DNA of 64,000 nt from positions 640,001 to 704,000 of the forward strand of contig CAXXSR010000001.1 of NCBI GenBank assembly GCA_963662615.2, written 5' to 3'. Below, piece by piece: positions 9,501 to 19,656 of the stretch. Position 1 is the stretch's first letter. The number at the start of each line of letters is the position of its first letter. Source of the stretch: Dehalococcoidia bacterium (GTDB taxonomy: Bacteria > Chloroflexota > Dehalococcoidia > Bin125). A program made the translations under genes and the position numbers. The notes beneath the pieces were generated by a model. That model made no database searches. It saw nothing but the letters and a program-made list of their open reading frames with translations, and was not told the DNA's origin.

Positions 9501-9881
9501 ATGGCCAAGGGACGCGGCGGCATGTTCCGGCAGCCCCGCCGCGCGCGCGGCCAGGGCGTAGCCGCGGGCGGCGGGATCTCCGCCGACATGGTGCGCCAAG
9601 CGCAGGACCTCCAGGACAAGCTGCAGGAGGCCCAGGCGGAGCTGAAAGAGGCCACCGTGGAAGCGACCGCGGGCGGCGGCGTCGTCTCCGTGGTGCTCGG
9701 CGGGGATCACAAGCTGCGCAGCGTCACCGTTGACCCCGACATCCTCGATCCCGACGACGTCGAGATCGTGCAGGACCTCATCGTCGCCGCCGTCAACGAG
9801 GCCACCGCCAAGCTCGACGCCCTACAGGAAGAGCGCATGGCCGGCCTCGGCGGCGGGATGTCCCTGCCGGGGCTGAGCTGA
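9501..9881 (+). CDS. ybaB: YbaB/EbfC nucleoid-associated protein
   Basis: EATAGGGVVSV...DPDDVEIVQDLIVAAVNEA; dnaX-ybaB-recR synteny. Confidence 0.95.
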   Translation: MAKGRGGMFRQPRRARGQGVAAGGGISADMVRQAQDLQDKLQEAQAELKEATVEATAGGGVVSVVLGGDHKLRSVTVDPDILDPDDVEIVQDLIVAAVNEATAKLDALQEERMAGLGGGMSLPGLS

Positions 9882-9885
9882 CTCC

Positions 9886-10557
9886 ATGACCCGTCGGGCG
9901 CCCCTCACCGCCGCACCCATGGCCCGGCTCATTGAGGCGTTTCACCGCTTGCCCGGCATTGGCCCCAAGAGCGCCCAGCGCCTTGCCTATTACATCCTCC
10001 GCGCTCCCAGCGATGAAGCCAACGAACTCGCCGACGCCTTGCGGGAGGTCAAGGTCAGCATCCGCCTCTGCTCCGTGTGCCAGAACATCACGGAGGCGGA
10101 TCCGTGCCCCCTCTGCAGCGACGCGGCCCGGGACCGCGCCACCATCTGCGTCGTGGAGGAGCCGCTGGACATCCTGGCGCTGGAGCGGGCCGGCGCCTAT
10201 TACGGCCTTTACCACGTCTTGCACGGCGCCCTCAACCCCATGGATGGCGTGGGCCCGGAGCAGTTGAAGATGCGCGGGTTGCTGGAGCGGCTCCGCGACG
10301 GCTCCGTTCGCGAGGTGATCCTTGCCACCAACGCCACCCTGGAGGGCGAAGCCACCGCCGCCTATCTCGCCCGCCTGCTGGAGCCCTCCCACATCCGCAT
10401 CACCCGCATTGCCCACGGGCTGCCCGTCGGTTCCGACCTCGAATACGCCGACGAGCGCACCCTCTCCCAGGCGTTGCAACATCGCGTGCTCTTGGGCCCG
10501 GCGCGGGAGCCCCCCGCCGACGTCCCCCCCGACGCCCCCGCCGACGATCTCCGCTGA
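9886..10557 (+). CDS. recR: Recombination mediator RecR
   Basis: LPGIGPKSAQRLA, CSVC..CPLC, EVILATNATLEGEATA. Confidence 0.97.
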   Translation: MTRRAPLTAAPMARLIEAFHRLPGIGPKSAQRLAYYILRAPSDEANELADALREVKVSIRLCSVCQNITEADPCPLCSDAARDRATICVVEEPLDILALERAGAYYGLYHVLHGALNPMDGVGPEQLKMRGLLERLRDGSVREVILATNATLEGEATAAYLARLLEPSHIRITRIAHGLPVGSDLEYADERTLSQALQHRVLLGPAREPPADVPPDAPADDLR

Positions 10558-11348
10558 TGGCCCGCCCGCACGCCTATCGCACGGAGGCGGTCGTGCTGCG
10601 CCAGCGCCCCCTGGGCGACGCCGACAAAATCTGCGTCTTGTTGACGCCGCTGCGCGGGCGCATTGAGGCCGTGGCCAAGGGAGTGCGCCGCCCCAAAAGC
10701 CGCCTCGCCGGTCCGCTCCAGCCGCTCACCCGATCGACCCTGCTGCTGGCGGTCGGCCGCTCCCTGGACATCATCACGCAGGCCCAGACCCTTGACGCCT
10801 ACCCCACGCTGCACGACGAGATCGACCGCCTCAGTCGCGCTCTCTACGTCGCCGAACTCGTCGATCGCGCCACCGGCCCCGGTCCGCACGGGGGCAGCCT
10901 CTACGGCCTCCTCCAGGACACGCTGGGCCGCGTGGACGCCGACCAGAGCATCGATCTGCCCGTCCGTTGGTTTGAGATGCGCCTGCTGGCCGACCAGGGC
11001 TACCAGCCCGAATTGGGCCGCTGCGTGCACTGCCAGGCCGCGCTGCGGCCGGACGGCAACGGCTTCTCCGGCGTCGCCGGCGGCGTGCTCTGTCCCGCCT
11101 GTCGCAGCGCCGTCAGCGGCCGCCCCCTCTCGAGCCGTGCCTTCAAATTGCTACGCTGCCTGCAGTCGGCGCCGTATGAGGAGGCCGCCCGCGTCCGCGT
11201 TGACGCCGCCCTAGCGCGAGAGCTGGAGGCGCACCTCTTGGACGCCGTGCAGGCGGCGCTGGACCAGGAGCTCAAGGCCGTGAAGTTCATCGACGCCGTC
11301 CGCGCGATAGGCGGTAGCGCGCCAACGGCCCCGCTCCCTGGGGAGTGA
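10557..11348 (+). CDS. recO: DNA repair protein RecO
   Basis: TEAVVLR...GDADK, AVAKGVRRPKSRL, CVHC/CPAC; TGATG coupling. Confidence 0.95.
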   Translation: MARPHAYRTEAVVLRQRPLGDADKICVLLTPLRGRIEAVAKGVRRPKSRLAGPLQPLTRSTLLLAVGRSLDIITQAQTLDAYPTLHDEIDRLSRALYVAELVDRATGPGPHGGSLYGLLQDTLGRVDADQSIDLPVRWFEMRLLADQGYQPELGRCVHCQAALRPDGNGFSGVAGGVLCPACRSAVSGRPLSSRAFKLLRCLQSAPYEEAARVRVDAALARELEAHLLDAVQAALDQELKAVKFIDAVRAIGGSAPTAPLPGE

Positions 11349-11349
11349 G

Positions 11350-11853
11350 ATGCCCCTGTACGAATACCTCTGCGACGCCTGCGATGGCATCTTTGAAGTC
11401 GTCCGGCCCATGCAGGAGGCGGGCGATCCCTGCCCCTGTCCCCTCTGCGCCACCGCGGCGCGACGGCTCATGCCCTCCGCCTTCACCGCCTTCGTTATGC
11501 GCCGCGGCTATCCCCGCCGCCTCCCCGACAAAGGCACCTTCTGGCATCTGGGCAAGGAAGTGAGCTACCTGCCCAAGCGCGCTAGGCCCCACGAGCATCC
11601 CCAGCTCAAGCAGGCCGACGACAATCGACCACCTGCCAAACAAGACCGCGAGGACCAGTTGGAGCGCAGGATCGCGACACGGCGAGTGAAGCGCGAGGAG
11701 CAGCGGCGGCAGCGCGCTCTGCGCAAGGATGCCACGGCTCGGCAAAAGAACGCCCGGCAAGACAAGGCTCGGCAAAAGAACGCTCGGCAAGCGAACGCCC
11801 GGCAAGAGAAGCGGGGAGGATCGCAGCGCCCGGCCGCCCGTGGCGGCGGTTGA
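11350..11853 (+). CDS. FmdB-family zinc-ribbon protein with basic repetitive tail
   Basis: MPLYEYLCDAC...CPLC...RRLMPS; tail (xxARQ)5 from 5 x 15 bp repeat at 11731-11805. Confidence 0.85.
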   Translation: MPLYEYLCDACDGIFEVVRPMQEAGDPCPCPLCATAARRLMPSAFTAFVMRRGYPRRLPDKGTFWHLGKEVSYLPKRARPHEHPQLKQADDNRPPAKQDREDQLERRIATRRVKREEQRRQRALRKDATARQKNARQDKARQKNARQANARQEKRGGSQRPAARGGG

Positions 11854-11857
11854 CCGC

Positions 11858-12838
11858 CTAGAAGTCGCGCTCCGTCACGAACCGGGCCACCGCGGCCAGC
11901 GCCTCCTGATGCTCGCTCCGCTCCAGCCCGCTCAGCGCCTCCAGGGCGGATTCGCTCCACTCCCGCGCCGTCAGCATGGAGCGCTCCAGGATGTCGCTCT
12001 TGCCGATCCGCTCAAGCGCCTCCTCAAGATGGCGGCGGCGCTCGTCCGGATCGTCCGTGGCGAAGAGGCGGCTGACCGGGTTCCCTTCCGGCTCCTGCTC
12101 CAGCAGCAAGATCGACGGCAGCGTCAGCGTGCCGGCGATGAGGTCGCCGCCCACCGGCTTGCCCATCTGGGCGCCGTCGCCGCTGAAGTCCAGAATGTCG
12201 TCGACGATCTGGAACGCCATGCCCAGGTCGCGGCCGTAGCGGCGCAGCGCCTCCACCGTTCCCTCGTCGCATGACGCCATGATCGCCCCCGCAGCCCCCG
12301 CCGTCGCAAACAGCGACGCCGTCTTGCCGTGGATGCGCTGGTAGTAGTCGCTGACGTTGCCGCTGGCCGTGTCGTAGGCGCTGATGTCCTGGTTCAGCTC
12401 TCCCTTGGCCATGGTCATGAGCGTTTGTGCGAACAGCCGGATCACATCCACCCGGCCGGTGCGCGAAACCAGCTCGGCGGCGTTGGCGAACATGTAATCG
12501 CCCAACATCACGCTGGCCGCATTGTCGAACATCGCATTGGCGGTGGGCCGCCCCCGCCGGGTGTCGGCGGCGTCAATGACGTCGTCATGCACCAACGTCG
12601 CGATGTGCAGCAGCTCGATCGAGGCGGCCAGGAGCACGTGTCGCTCAGCGTCGTAGGCGCCAAACCTCCCCGCCAGCAGCGCAATCGCCGGTCGCAGCCG
12701 CTTGCCGCTCCGCTCCAGCACCGCTTTGAGCATGGTGTCCAGCGGGTCAAAGTCGGAGCGGCAGACCTGGTCCAGCGTCTCCTCCACGCGGCTGAGGTCG
12801 TCTGCGATCGGGCCGTAGAGCGCGGCCACGCTGGTCAC
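11858..12838 (-). CDS. Long-chain polyprenyl diphosphate synthase
   Basis: GKRLRP, LVHDDVID...RRG, FQIVDDILD, GKPVGGDL. Confidence 0.95.
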   Translation of the reverse strand: MTSVAALYGPIADDLSRVEETLDQVCRSDFDPLDTMLKAVLERSGKRLRPAIALLAGRFGAYDAERHVLLAASIELLHIATLVHDDVIDAADTRRGRPTANAMFDNAASVMLGDYMFANAAELVSRTGRVDVIRLFAQTLMTMAKGELNQDISAYDTASGNVSDYYQRIHGKTASLFATAGAAGAIMASCDEGTVEALRRYGRDLGMAFQIVDDILDFSGDGAQMGKPVGGDLIAGTLTLPSILLLEQEPEGNPVSRLFATDDPDERRRHLEEALERIGKSDILERSMLTAREWSESALEALSGLERSEHQEALAAVARFVTERDF

Positions 12839-13641
12839 GGCGTCACCCTCTCCGGCACCGGCAAACGGAACAGGCGGCGCGCATTCGCGCTGGTCTGCGC
12901 CGCCAGCGTCTCTAGCCTGACCCCCCGCAGCGCCGCAATGACCCGCGCCGTCTCCACGACATAGGCCGGCTCGTTGCGCCGCCCCCGTTTGACCTGTGGA
13001 GCCAGGTAGGGGCAGTCCGTCTCCAGCGCCATGCGCTCCGCCGGCAGCGTCCGCGCGGCCTCCTGCAGGCCCTCATTTTTGGGGTAAGTGACCGGCCCGG
13101 CGAACGAGATCACGAAGCCCAATTCGGCGTAGCGCGCCGCCAGATCGGCGTCGCCGGAATAGCAGTGCAGCACTCCCACCGGGTCGCCACAGCGCGCCCC
13201 CGGGGCCCACTCCCGCAGGATGGCGAACGTCTCATCCTCCGCCTCGCGACAGTGGATCACCACCGGCAGCGTGAGTGCGTTGGCGAGCGCGAGCTGCTCC
13301 CGAAAGGCGCGCTCTTGGGCGTCCGGCGGGGAGAGGTTGCGGTAGAGATCCAAGCCGATCTCCCCCACCGCCACGACGCGGCCGTCGGCCGCGAGCGCGC
13401 CCAGCCGGTCGCGCACCTCGCTGGTCCAGAGCCGCGCGTCGTGCGGATGCAGGCCCACCGTCGCGTACACGTCCGTCTCGCCTCGTGCCAGCGCCAGCGC
13501 CGCCTCGCTCTCCGTCACGTCCGTGCCCACCGTGATCACGGCCTCAAGGCCGGCGGCGCGGGCGCGTGCCAGCACCGCCGGCCGGTCCTCGTTGAAGGCG
13601 CGGTCGTGGAGGTGCGCGTGCGTATCAATGAAGCCGCTCAT
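12835..13641 (-). CDS. tatD: TatD-family hydrolase
   Basis: IDTHAHL, VGLHPH, VGEIGLD, IHCREA, LETDCPYLAP. Confidence 0.95.
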   Translation of the reverse strand: MSGFIDTHAHLHDRAFNEDRPAVLARARAAGLEAVITVGTDVTESEAALALARGETDVYATVGLHPHDARLWTSEVRDRLGALAADGRVVAVGEIGLDLYRNLSPPDAQERAFREQLALANALTLPVVIHCREAEDETFAILREWAPGARCGDPVGVLHCYSGDADLAARYAELGFVISFAGPVTYPKNEGLQEAARTLPAERMALETDCPYLAPQVKRGRRNEPAYVVETARVIAALRGVRLETLAAQTSANARRLFRLPVPERVTP

Positions 13642-15305
13642 GTTCCCAGCCGCGCCTCTTCCGCCTCCACGATCGCGGCGTCTAGCTTCTTGAACAGCGG
13701 CGACGGCTCGTTCAGGGGGGCGCCCGGCGTCAGCGCCTGCAGCATCCAGCCTTGCTCCTCGATCGATCGGTCGGCGCCCAGGAAGTCGTTCAGGCGGCGG
13801 CACGTGAACGGCAGGTAGGGATAGAGCGCGGTGCGCAGGGCCGCGATGACGTTCAGCGCCGTGTAGAGCGATCGCGCCGCCGCTTGTCGGTCCTCCTTGA
13901 TCGCGTGCCAGGGCGCCGTCGCGTCCAAATAGCGGTTCGCCTCCTGCGCCAGCGCGAACGCCTGCTGCAATCCCTGGCGCAGATGGACGCCCCGGATCGA
14001 TTCGCCCACCGCGTCCAGCGTCGACTGGGCCGCGTCCAGCAGCCGCGAGGCGTCGCGGTCCAGCGGCCCCGGGTCGGGCACCCGCCCCTCAAAGTTCCGC
14101 ACCGTGAACGTCAAGACGCGGTGCACCAGGTTGCCCCACGTCGCCACCAGTTCGTCGTTGTTGCGGCGCAGGAACGCTCCCCAACTGAAGTCGCTGTCGC
14201 TCGTCTCCGGCATCTGGCTGGCCAGCGCGTAACGCAGGGGGTCGGGATCGTAGCGGCTCAAGTAGTCCTGGACCCAGACGGCCCAGTTCTGGCTCGTGCT
14301 CGCTTTGCTGCCCGACATGGTGATGAACTGATTGGCGGGGACGTCGTAGGGCAGGTCAAGATCGCCCGCGCCCATAAGGATGGCCGGCCAGACGATCGTG
14401 TGAAAGGGCACGTTGTCCTTGCCAATGAAGTGGTAGGTCTTCGCCTCCGGATTCTGCCAGAACGACTTCCAGGCATCGGCGTCCCCGCTCTGCTCCGCCC
14501 ACTCGATCGTCGCCGACAGATAACCGATCACCGCCTCGAACCAGACGTAGATGCGCTTGTTCTCGAACCCCTCCACCGGCACCGCCACCCCCCAGTCGAT
14601 GTCGCGAGTGATGGCGCGGTCCCGCAGCCCTTCGCGGAGCATCCCCTGCGTGAAGTTGAAGACGTGCTTGCGCCAGTGCTCCTTGCCCGTGCTGAGCCAT
14701 TCCTCCAGTGCGGGGGCGAGGCCGGTGAGGCGCAAGAAGTAGTGCTCGCTCGTGCGCCGCTCCGGCCGTGCTCCCGAGATCCGCGACACGGGATCGATCA
14801 GTTCAATGCCGTCTAGCTGCCGGCCGCAGCTGTCGCACTGATCGCCGCGCGCGCCGGGCGCATCGCAGTAGGGACAAGTCCCCTCGACGTAGCGGTCGGG
14901 CAGGAAGCGATGCTCCACGGGGTCATAGAGCAGCTCCTGCGGCGCCACGTAGAGGTAACCGTTGTCCAGCAGCCGGCGGAAGAGGTCGTGCACCACCCGG
15001 GCGTGGTTCTCCGTGTCCGTGGCCGTGAACAGGTCGAAGGAGATCCCGATCCCCTCCCACGTCTCCAGAAACTCGGCGTGGAACTCGCTTGCCACCTCCC
15101 GCGGCGTGCGCCCTTCCCGCCGCGCGCGCACGGTGATGGGCGTGCCGTGCATGTCGGAGCCGGACACCATCGCGACGCGGTCGCCTTTGAGGCGGTGGTA
15201 GCGGGCGAAGATGTCGGCGGGCAGGTAGGCGCCGCCCAACTGGCCGTGGTGGATGGACCCGTTGGCGTACGGCCAGGCGACCGCGACCAGGATCGTCTCA
15301 CTCAC
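13638..15305 (-). CDS. metG: Methionine--tRNA ligase
   Basis: AWPYANG, CPYC/CDSC knuckle, YVWFEA, FIGKDN; variant HHGQ and KASTS signatures. Confidence 0.97.
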   Translation of the reverse strand: MSETILVAVAWPYANGSIHHGQLGGAYLPADIFARYHRLKGDRVAMVSGSDMHGTPITVRARREGRTPREVASEFHAEFLETWEGIGISFDLFTATDTENHARVVHDLFRRLLDNGYLYVAPQELLYDPVEHRFLPDRYVEGTCPYCDAPGARGDQCDSCGRQLDGIELIDPVSRISGARPERRTSEHYFLRLTGLAPALEEWLSTGKEHWRKHVFNFTQGMLREGLRDRAITRDIDWGVAVPVEGFENKRIYVWFEAVIGYLSATIEWAEQSGDADAWKSFWQNPEAKTYHFIGKDNVPFHTIVWPAILMGAGDLDLPYDVPANQFITMSGSKASTSQNWAVWVQDYLSRYDPDPLRYALASQMPETSDSDFSWGAFLRRNNDELVATWGNLVHRVLTFTVRNFEGRVPDPGPLDRDASRLLDAAQSTLDAVGESIRGVHLRQGLQQAFALAQEANRYLDATAPWHAIKEDRQAAARSLYTALNVIAALRTALYPYLPFTCRRLNDFLGADRSIEEQGWMLQALTPGAPLNEPSPLFKKLDAAIVEAEEARLGT

Positions 15306-15379
15306 GACCGGGCCTCAGCAGCGAAGGCGTAGAGCGTTCTGTACGCACCGGGGCTGGCATCGCCGAACACCCGCCGATT

Positions 15380-16231
15380 CTAGCAACCGCTCTCATTCCC
15401 GTCTGAAGATGCCGGCTCTGTGGGCCAGAGGCCGTACACCTCTCGCCGCGCCCGTCCCGACCGTGCCGCCACGGCCACGGCCGCGTCCCGCCGGCCGCGT
15501 CCCGCCGCTCGCTCCGCAACCAACGCCGCGCGCACCGCATCGTCCGGCCACGACGGCGGCGGCGCCGCTGCCGGCACAATGAGGAAGGCAAATTCACCGC
15601 GCGGCTCCTGGAAGTGTGCCAGCGCCCCCGCCGCAGAGCCGCGCCAGATCTCCTCGTGCAGCTTCGTCAGCTCTCGTCCGACTACCAGATGGGCGTCGGG
15701 CAGCACCGCCGCGCAGTCGCGGAGCGTCGCCCGCAGCCGGTGCGGCGACTCAAACGCCAGGGCCGGCTCCCGGCCCGCCCCCACCTCGGCCAGCAGCCGC
15801 CGTCGTTCGCCGGCCTTGCGTGGCAGAAAGCCGAGCAGCCGCGCCGTTCGCGTCCGTACTCCCGCCACCGAGAGCAAGGCGGTGACCGCGGACGCCCCCG
15901 GCACCGGCGCCACCACCGCCCCCGCCGCCACGGCGGCCGCGACCAGCTCCTGCCCGGGATCGGAGATGCCGGGCGTCCCTGCGTCGGCGATCAGGGAGAT
16001 GCTCGCGCCCTCGGCCAGCGCGCTCAGCAGCCGGCCCGTGGTGCGGGCCTTGTTGCGATCGTTGTAGGCCACGCAGGGGATGCGCAGGCCCAGATGCCGC
16101 AGCAGCTTCGCCGCCGTGCGCGTGTTCTCCGCGGCGATCAGGTCACTCTCAGCCAGGACGCGAGCGGCGCGACGGCTGAGGTCTTCCAGATTTCCAATCG
16201 GCGTCGCCACAACATAAAGCGTGCCCGCCAC
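15380..16231 (-). CDS. rsmI: 16S rRNA C1402 2'-O-methyltransferase
   Basis: GTLYVVATPIGNLEDLS, DAGTPGISDPG, RELTKLHEE. Confidence 0.95.
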   Translation of the reverse strand: MAGTLYVVATPIGNLEDLSRRAARVLAESDLIAAENTRTAAKLLRHLGLRIPCVAYNDRNKARTTGRLLSALAEGASISLIADAGTPGISDPGQELVAAAVAAGAVVAPVPGASAVTALLSVAGVRTRTARLLGFLPRKAGERRRLLAEVGAGREPALAFESPHRLRATLRDCAAVLPDAHLVVGRELTKLHEEIWRGSAAGALAHFQEPRGEFAFLIVPAAAPPPSWPDDAVRAALVAERAAGRGRRDAAVAVAARSGRARREVYGLWPTEPASSDGNESGC

Positions 16232-16271
16232 GCCCGCAGTATACGATCGCCCGCTCTGCCAAGCGCTGTTC

Positions 16272-16300
16272 TTGGCGCACGCCCCACGCGGGCCTATACT
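16272..16300 (+). promoter_or_regulatory. sigma70-type promoter upstream of guaB leader
   Basis: TTGGCG-17 bp-TATACT. Confidence 0.7.
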
Positions 16301-16304
16301 CGCC

Positions 16305-16495
16305 ACCAACCCCGGCCGTCTTTCCAGCGCAGACGGAGCCCATGGTCGAGTGACGCGACCCCAGCGGATGGCACAGAGCCGGCGCCGGCAAGCTGAATCA
16401 GCGCGGCATCACGCCGCGCTGAACTTATTCCCCCTCCGGCGCCACCGGAGCCGCGCGCCAGAGAGAGGACGCGGCCCGGCGGCCTTCCTGGTCCC
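16305..16495 (+). ncRNA. Candidate structured RNA (guaB leader or independent small RNA)
   Basis: Several nested stems downstream of a consensus promoter; no family recognised. Confidence 0.35.
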
Positions 16496-16522
16496 GTGGC
16501 GGCTGTGAACAGGAGCGAGCGG

Positions 16523-17662
16523 ATGCCGGCCCCCTACCGCAAGGAGCTGCGAGAGGCCTACAGCTTCGATGATGTCGCCATCGTCCCCGGCGACGTCACC
16601 ATCAATCCGGAGCTGACGGACGTCTCCACCGAGATCGCCGCCCAGCGCTTGGCCGTGCCCGTGCTGGCCGCCGCCATGGACGCCGTGGTGGACCCGCAAT
16701 TCGCCATTGAGGTCGGCCGCCGAGGCGGGCTGGCCGTGCTCAACCTGGAAGGCCTGCAGTGCCGCTTCGACGACCCCGACGCGGTCATGGCCGAGGTGGC
16801 CGCCAGCGACACCGCCGGCGCCACGGCCATCCTCCAGAAGGCCTATGCCTCCCCCATTCGGGAGGAGTTGGTGTCGAAGCGCATCCGCCAGATCAAGGAC
16901 GGCGGCGTTGGCGCTGCCGCCTCCGTGACACCGGCCCTCACCAAACGACTCGCCCCCCTCGCCCAGGAGGCCGGTGCCGACGTGCTGGTCGTCCAGTCCA
17001 CCGTCACCACCGCGCGCCACGAGTCGCGCTCCGCTCGCGGCCTCCGCCTCCGGGACCTGGTGGAGCAGCTCTCCATCCCGCTGCTGGTGGGCAACACCGT
17101 CTCCACGGCCGCGGCCCTGGAGCTGATGGAGGAGGGGATCGCCGGCCTGCTCGTCGGCGTCGGTCCCGGCGCCGCCTGCACCAGCCGCGAGGTCCTCGGC
17201 ATCGGCGTGCCCCAGGTCACCGCCACCATCGACTGCGCCGCCGCGCGCGACGCCTTCGCCGAGCGCACGGGCCGCTACGTCCCCATCATCACCGATGGTG
17301 GCATCCGCACCGGTGGTGATGTCTGCAAGGCCTTCGCCGCCGGCGCCGACGCCGTCATGCTCGGCTCGCCCTTCGCCCGCACCCGCGAAGCGCCCGGCCG
17401 CGGCTTCCACTGGGGCATGGCCACACCGCACGCCGAGCTGCCGCGCGGCGTGCGCGTGCAGATGGGCCAAGACACGACCCTGGACCGGCTGCTGTTCGGC
17501 CCCACCTCCCGCACCGACGGGACCGAGAACCTGGTGGGCGCGCTGCGCACGTGCATGGGCAGCATTGGCGCGCACACCATTCGCGAGATCCATCAGGCCG
17601 AGATGATCGTCGCGCCGGCCATCAAGACGGAGGGCAAGATCTACCAGATGCTGCGCGACTGA
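16523..17662 (+). CDS. guaB: IMP dehydrogenase-related protein, GuaB3 type (no CBS domains)
   Basis: AYSFDDVAIVP, VGVGPGAACTSR, IITDGGIRTGGD, HWGMAT; AGGAG RBS. Confidence 0.93.
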   Translation: MPAPYRKELREAYSFDDVAIVPGDVTINPELTDVSTEIAAQRLAVPVLAAAMDAVVDPQFAIEVGRRGGLAVLNLEGLQCRFDDPDAVMAEVAASDTAGATAILQKAYASPIREELVSKRIRQIKDGGVGAAASVTPALTKRLAPLAQEAGADVLVVQSTVTTARHESRSARGLRLRDLVEQLSIPLLVGNTVSTAAALELMEEGIAGLLVGVGPGAACTSREVLGIGVPQVTATIDCAAARDAFAERTGRYVPIITDGGIRTGGDVCKAFAAGADAVMLGSPFARTREAPGRGFHWGMATPHAELPRGVRVQMGQDTTLDRLLFGPTSRTDGTENLVGALRTCMGSIGAHTIREIHQAEMIVAPAIKTEGKIYQMLRD

Positions 17663-17698
17663 GCGCCGCCGCTCACCCGGTCCTTGCCCGGCCTCCCC

Positions 17699-18565
17699 CT
17701 AGCCCGCCACGATCTTGACCGCCCGCGGCTCCCCGGACAGGTCCTCCAGCACGTCCACCTTGGCCAGGCCCACCAGCCGCCGCGCCGCCGCCGTCACCGT
17801 CTCCGCCTGATCCGGCGCGATCTCGACCACCGCGACACCGGCCGGCGCCAGCCGCGTCCCCAACTGCGTGACCAGCCGCAAGATCAGCTCTGTCCCCGCC
17901 GTCCCCGGTGTCACTGCACCGCGCGGTTCATGCTCCCTGATCTCCGGCTCCAGTTGCGGCAGCTCCTCTTCTCTCACGTAGGGCAGATTGGCAACCACAC
18001 AGTCCACCGGCCCGGACATGGCGGTGAGCAGGTCGGCCTGCACCCAGTCGCAGCGACGGCGCGGTACCAGCCGCCGCGCGTTCTCCCGCGCCACCGCCAG
18101 CGCCGCCGCCGAGACGTCGATGCCCAGTAGGCGCGCGTCTCGACGGTTCTTGGCAATGGCGATGCCGATCGCGCCGGAGCCGGTCCCCACGTCCGCCACG
18201 CGGGCCCTGCGGATGCGCTGGCGGCGCAGGTGGTCCAAGGCGGCGTCCACGAGCAGCTCGCTCTCCGGCCGTGGGATCAGCACCGCCGGCGTGACGCTGA
18301 AGTCCAGGCTGTAGAACTCGCGGTGCCGGGTGATGTAGGCCAGCGGCTCGCGTTGCAGCCGCCGCCGCAGCGCGTCGGCAAACTGGTCCCGCGCTTTGGC
18401 CGAGATCGGCTCTTCCAGATTCGCGTAGAAGTTGGCGCGGGAGCGGGCGCTGCAGTGCCGCAGCAACACTTCCGCTTCAAAGCGCGCGTCCCCAAGGCCG
18501 GCCTGGGCGAGGCGCTGGGCGGCATCCATCCAGATGTCGCGCAGGCTCGCCCCCGGCTCGCTCAT
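17699..18565 (-). CDS. prmC: Release factor glutamine methyltransferase
   Basis: [29 protein letters not shown]; follows prfA. Confidence 0.95.
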   Translation of the reverse strand: MSEPGASLRDIWMDAAQRLAQAGLGDARFEAEVLLRHCSARSRANFYANLEEPISAKARDQFADALRRRLQREPLAYITRHREFYSLDFSVTPAVLIPRPESELLVDAALDHLRRQRIRRARVADVGTGSGAIGIAIAKNRRDARLLGIDVSAAALAVARENARRLVPRRRCDWVQADLLTAMSGPVDCVVANLPYVREEELPQLEPEIREHEPRGAVTPGTAGTELILRLVTQLGTRLAPAGVAVVEIAPDQAETVTAAARRLVGLAKVDVLEDLSGEPRAVKIVAG

Positions 18566-19632
18566 GCGACCCGCTGGTCGAGCAGTTTCGCTTCCGTCGC
18601 CGTCGCCGCCGCGTCAATGAGCGGGTCCAGGTCGCCCTCCAGGACTGTCTGGAGGTTGTGCACCGTCAGGCCAATCCGATGATCCGTCACGCGGTTCTCG
18701 GGGAAGTTGTAGGTCCGGATCTTCTCGGAGCGCTCCCCGCTCCCGATCTGCGCCCGACGCGCCTCCGACCGCTCCGTTTCCTGCTTGTGCCGCTTCGCGT
18801 CGTAGAGACGGGCGCGCAGGACGTTCATCGCCTTCTGCCGGTTCTTCAGCTGCGATCGCTCATCACTGCACGTCACCACGATGCCCGTCGGCACGTGCGT
18901 CAAGCGCACCCCGGTTTCCACCTTGTTCACGTTCTGCCCGCCCGCGCCACCGGAGTGGAAGCGGTCCATACGGATGTCGTCGTCGCTGATCGCCACCTCC
19001 ACCGCGTTCACCTCCAGCAGCACCGCGACGGTGGCCGTGGAGGTGTGAATGCGCCCCTGCGCCTCCGTCTTCGGAACCCGCTGCACTCGATGCACGCCGC
19101 TCTCGTACTTGAATCGGGAGAACGCCCGCTTGCCTGCCACCTGGAAGACGATCTCCTTGAAGCCGCCTGCCGGATTCTCACTGACCGACGCCACGCTGCT
19201 CCGCCAGCCGCGCGCTTCGGCGTAGCGCGTGTAGGCGCGGTACAGGTCCGACGCCCACAGTCCCGCCTCATTGCCTCCGGTGCCCGCCCGGATCTCAATG
19301 ATCACGTTGCGCTCGTCGTTGGGGTCGGTCGGCACGAGCGCTCGCCGCGCTTTGCCGGTCAGCTCCTCCAGCCGCGCCGTCAGCGACGCGATCTCGCTCC
19401 GGGCCATCTCCTCCAGCTCGGCGTCCCCCGACTCCGCTGCCACTTCCTCTGCCTGCGTCAACTCGTCGCTGACGCGCTCGTACTCCGTCAGCAGCGCCAC
19501 CAGCGGTTCCAGACCGGCGCGTTCTTTGGCCAGCTCCTGCAGTCGCACGGGCTCTCGGGCCACTTCCGGGGAGGCCATTTCCGCCTCAATCTCCGTGAAG
19601 CGACGGCGCTTTCCAGCCAGCTGGTCCCACAT
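18562..19632 (-). CDS. prfA: Peptide chain release factor 1
   Basis: [14 protein letters not shown] (PxT), [14 protein letters not shown]. Confidence 0.98.
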   Translation of the reverse strand: MWDQLAGKRRRFTEIEAEMASPEVAREPVRLQELAKERAGLEPLVALLTEYERVSDELTQAEEVAAESGDAELEEMARSEIASLTARLEELTGKARRALVPTDPNDERNVIIEIRAGTGGNEAGLWASDLYRAYTRYAEARGWRSSVASVSENPAGGFKEIVFQVAGKRAFSRFKYESGVHRVQRVPKTEAQGRIHTSTATVAVLLEVNAVEVAISDDDIRMDRFHSGGAGGQNVNKVETGVRLTHVPTGIVVTCSDERSQLKNRQKAMNVLRARLYDAKRHKQETERSEARRAQIGSGERSEKIRTYNFPENRVTDHRIGLTVHNLQTVLEGDLDPLIDAAATATEAKLLDQRVA

Positions 19633-19656
19633 GGCTCGCCCATCTTCGCGACGCGG

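Noticed and set aside
15306-15380. T-box or SAM riboswitch before metG
   Set aside because: Leader is only about 70 nt after TAGAAT and lacks T-box or S-box motifs.
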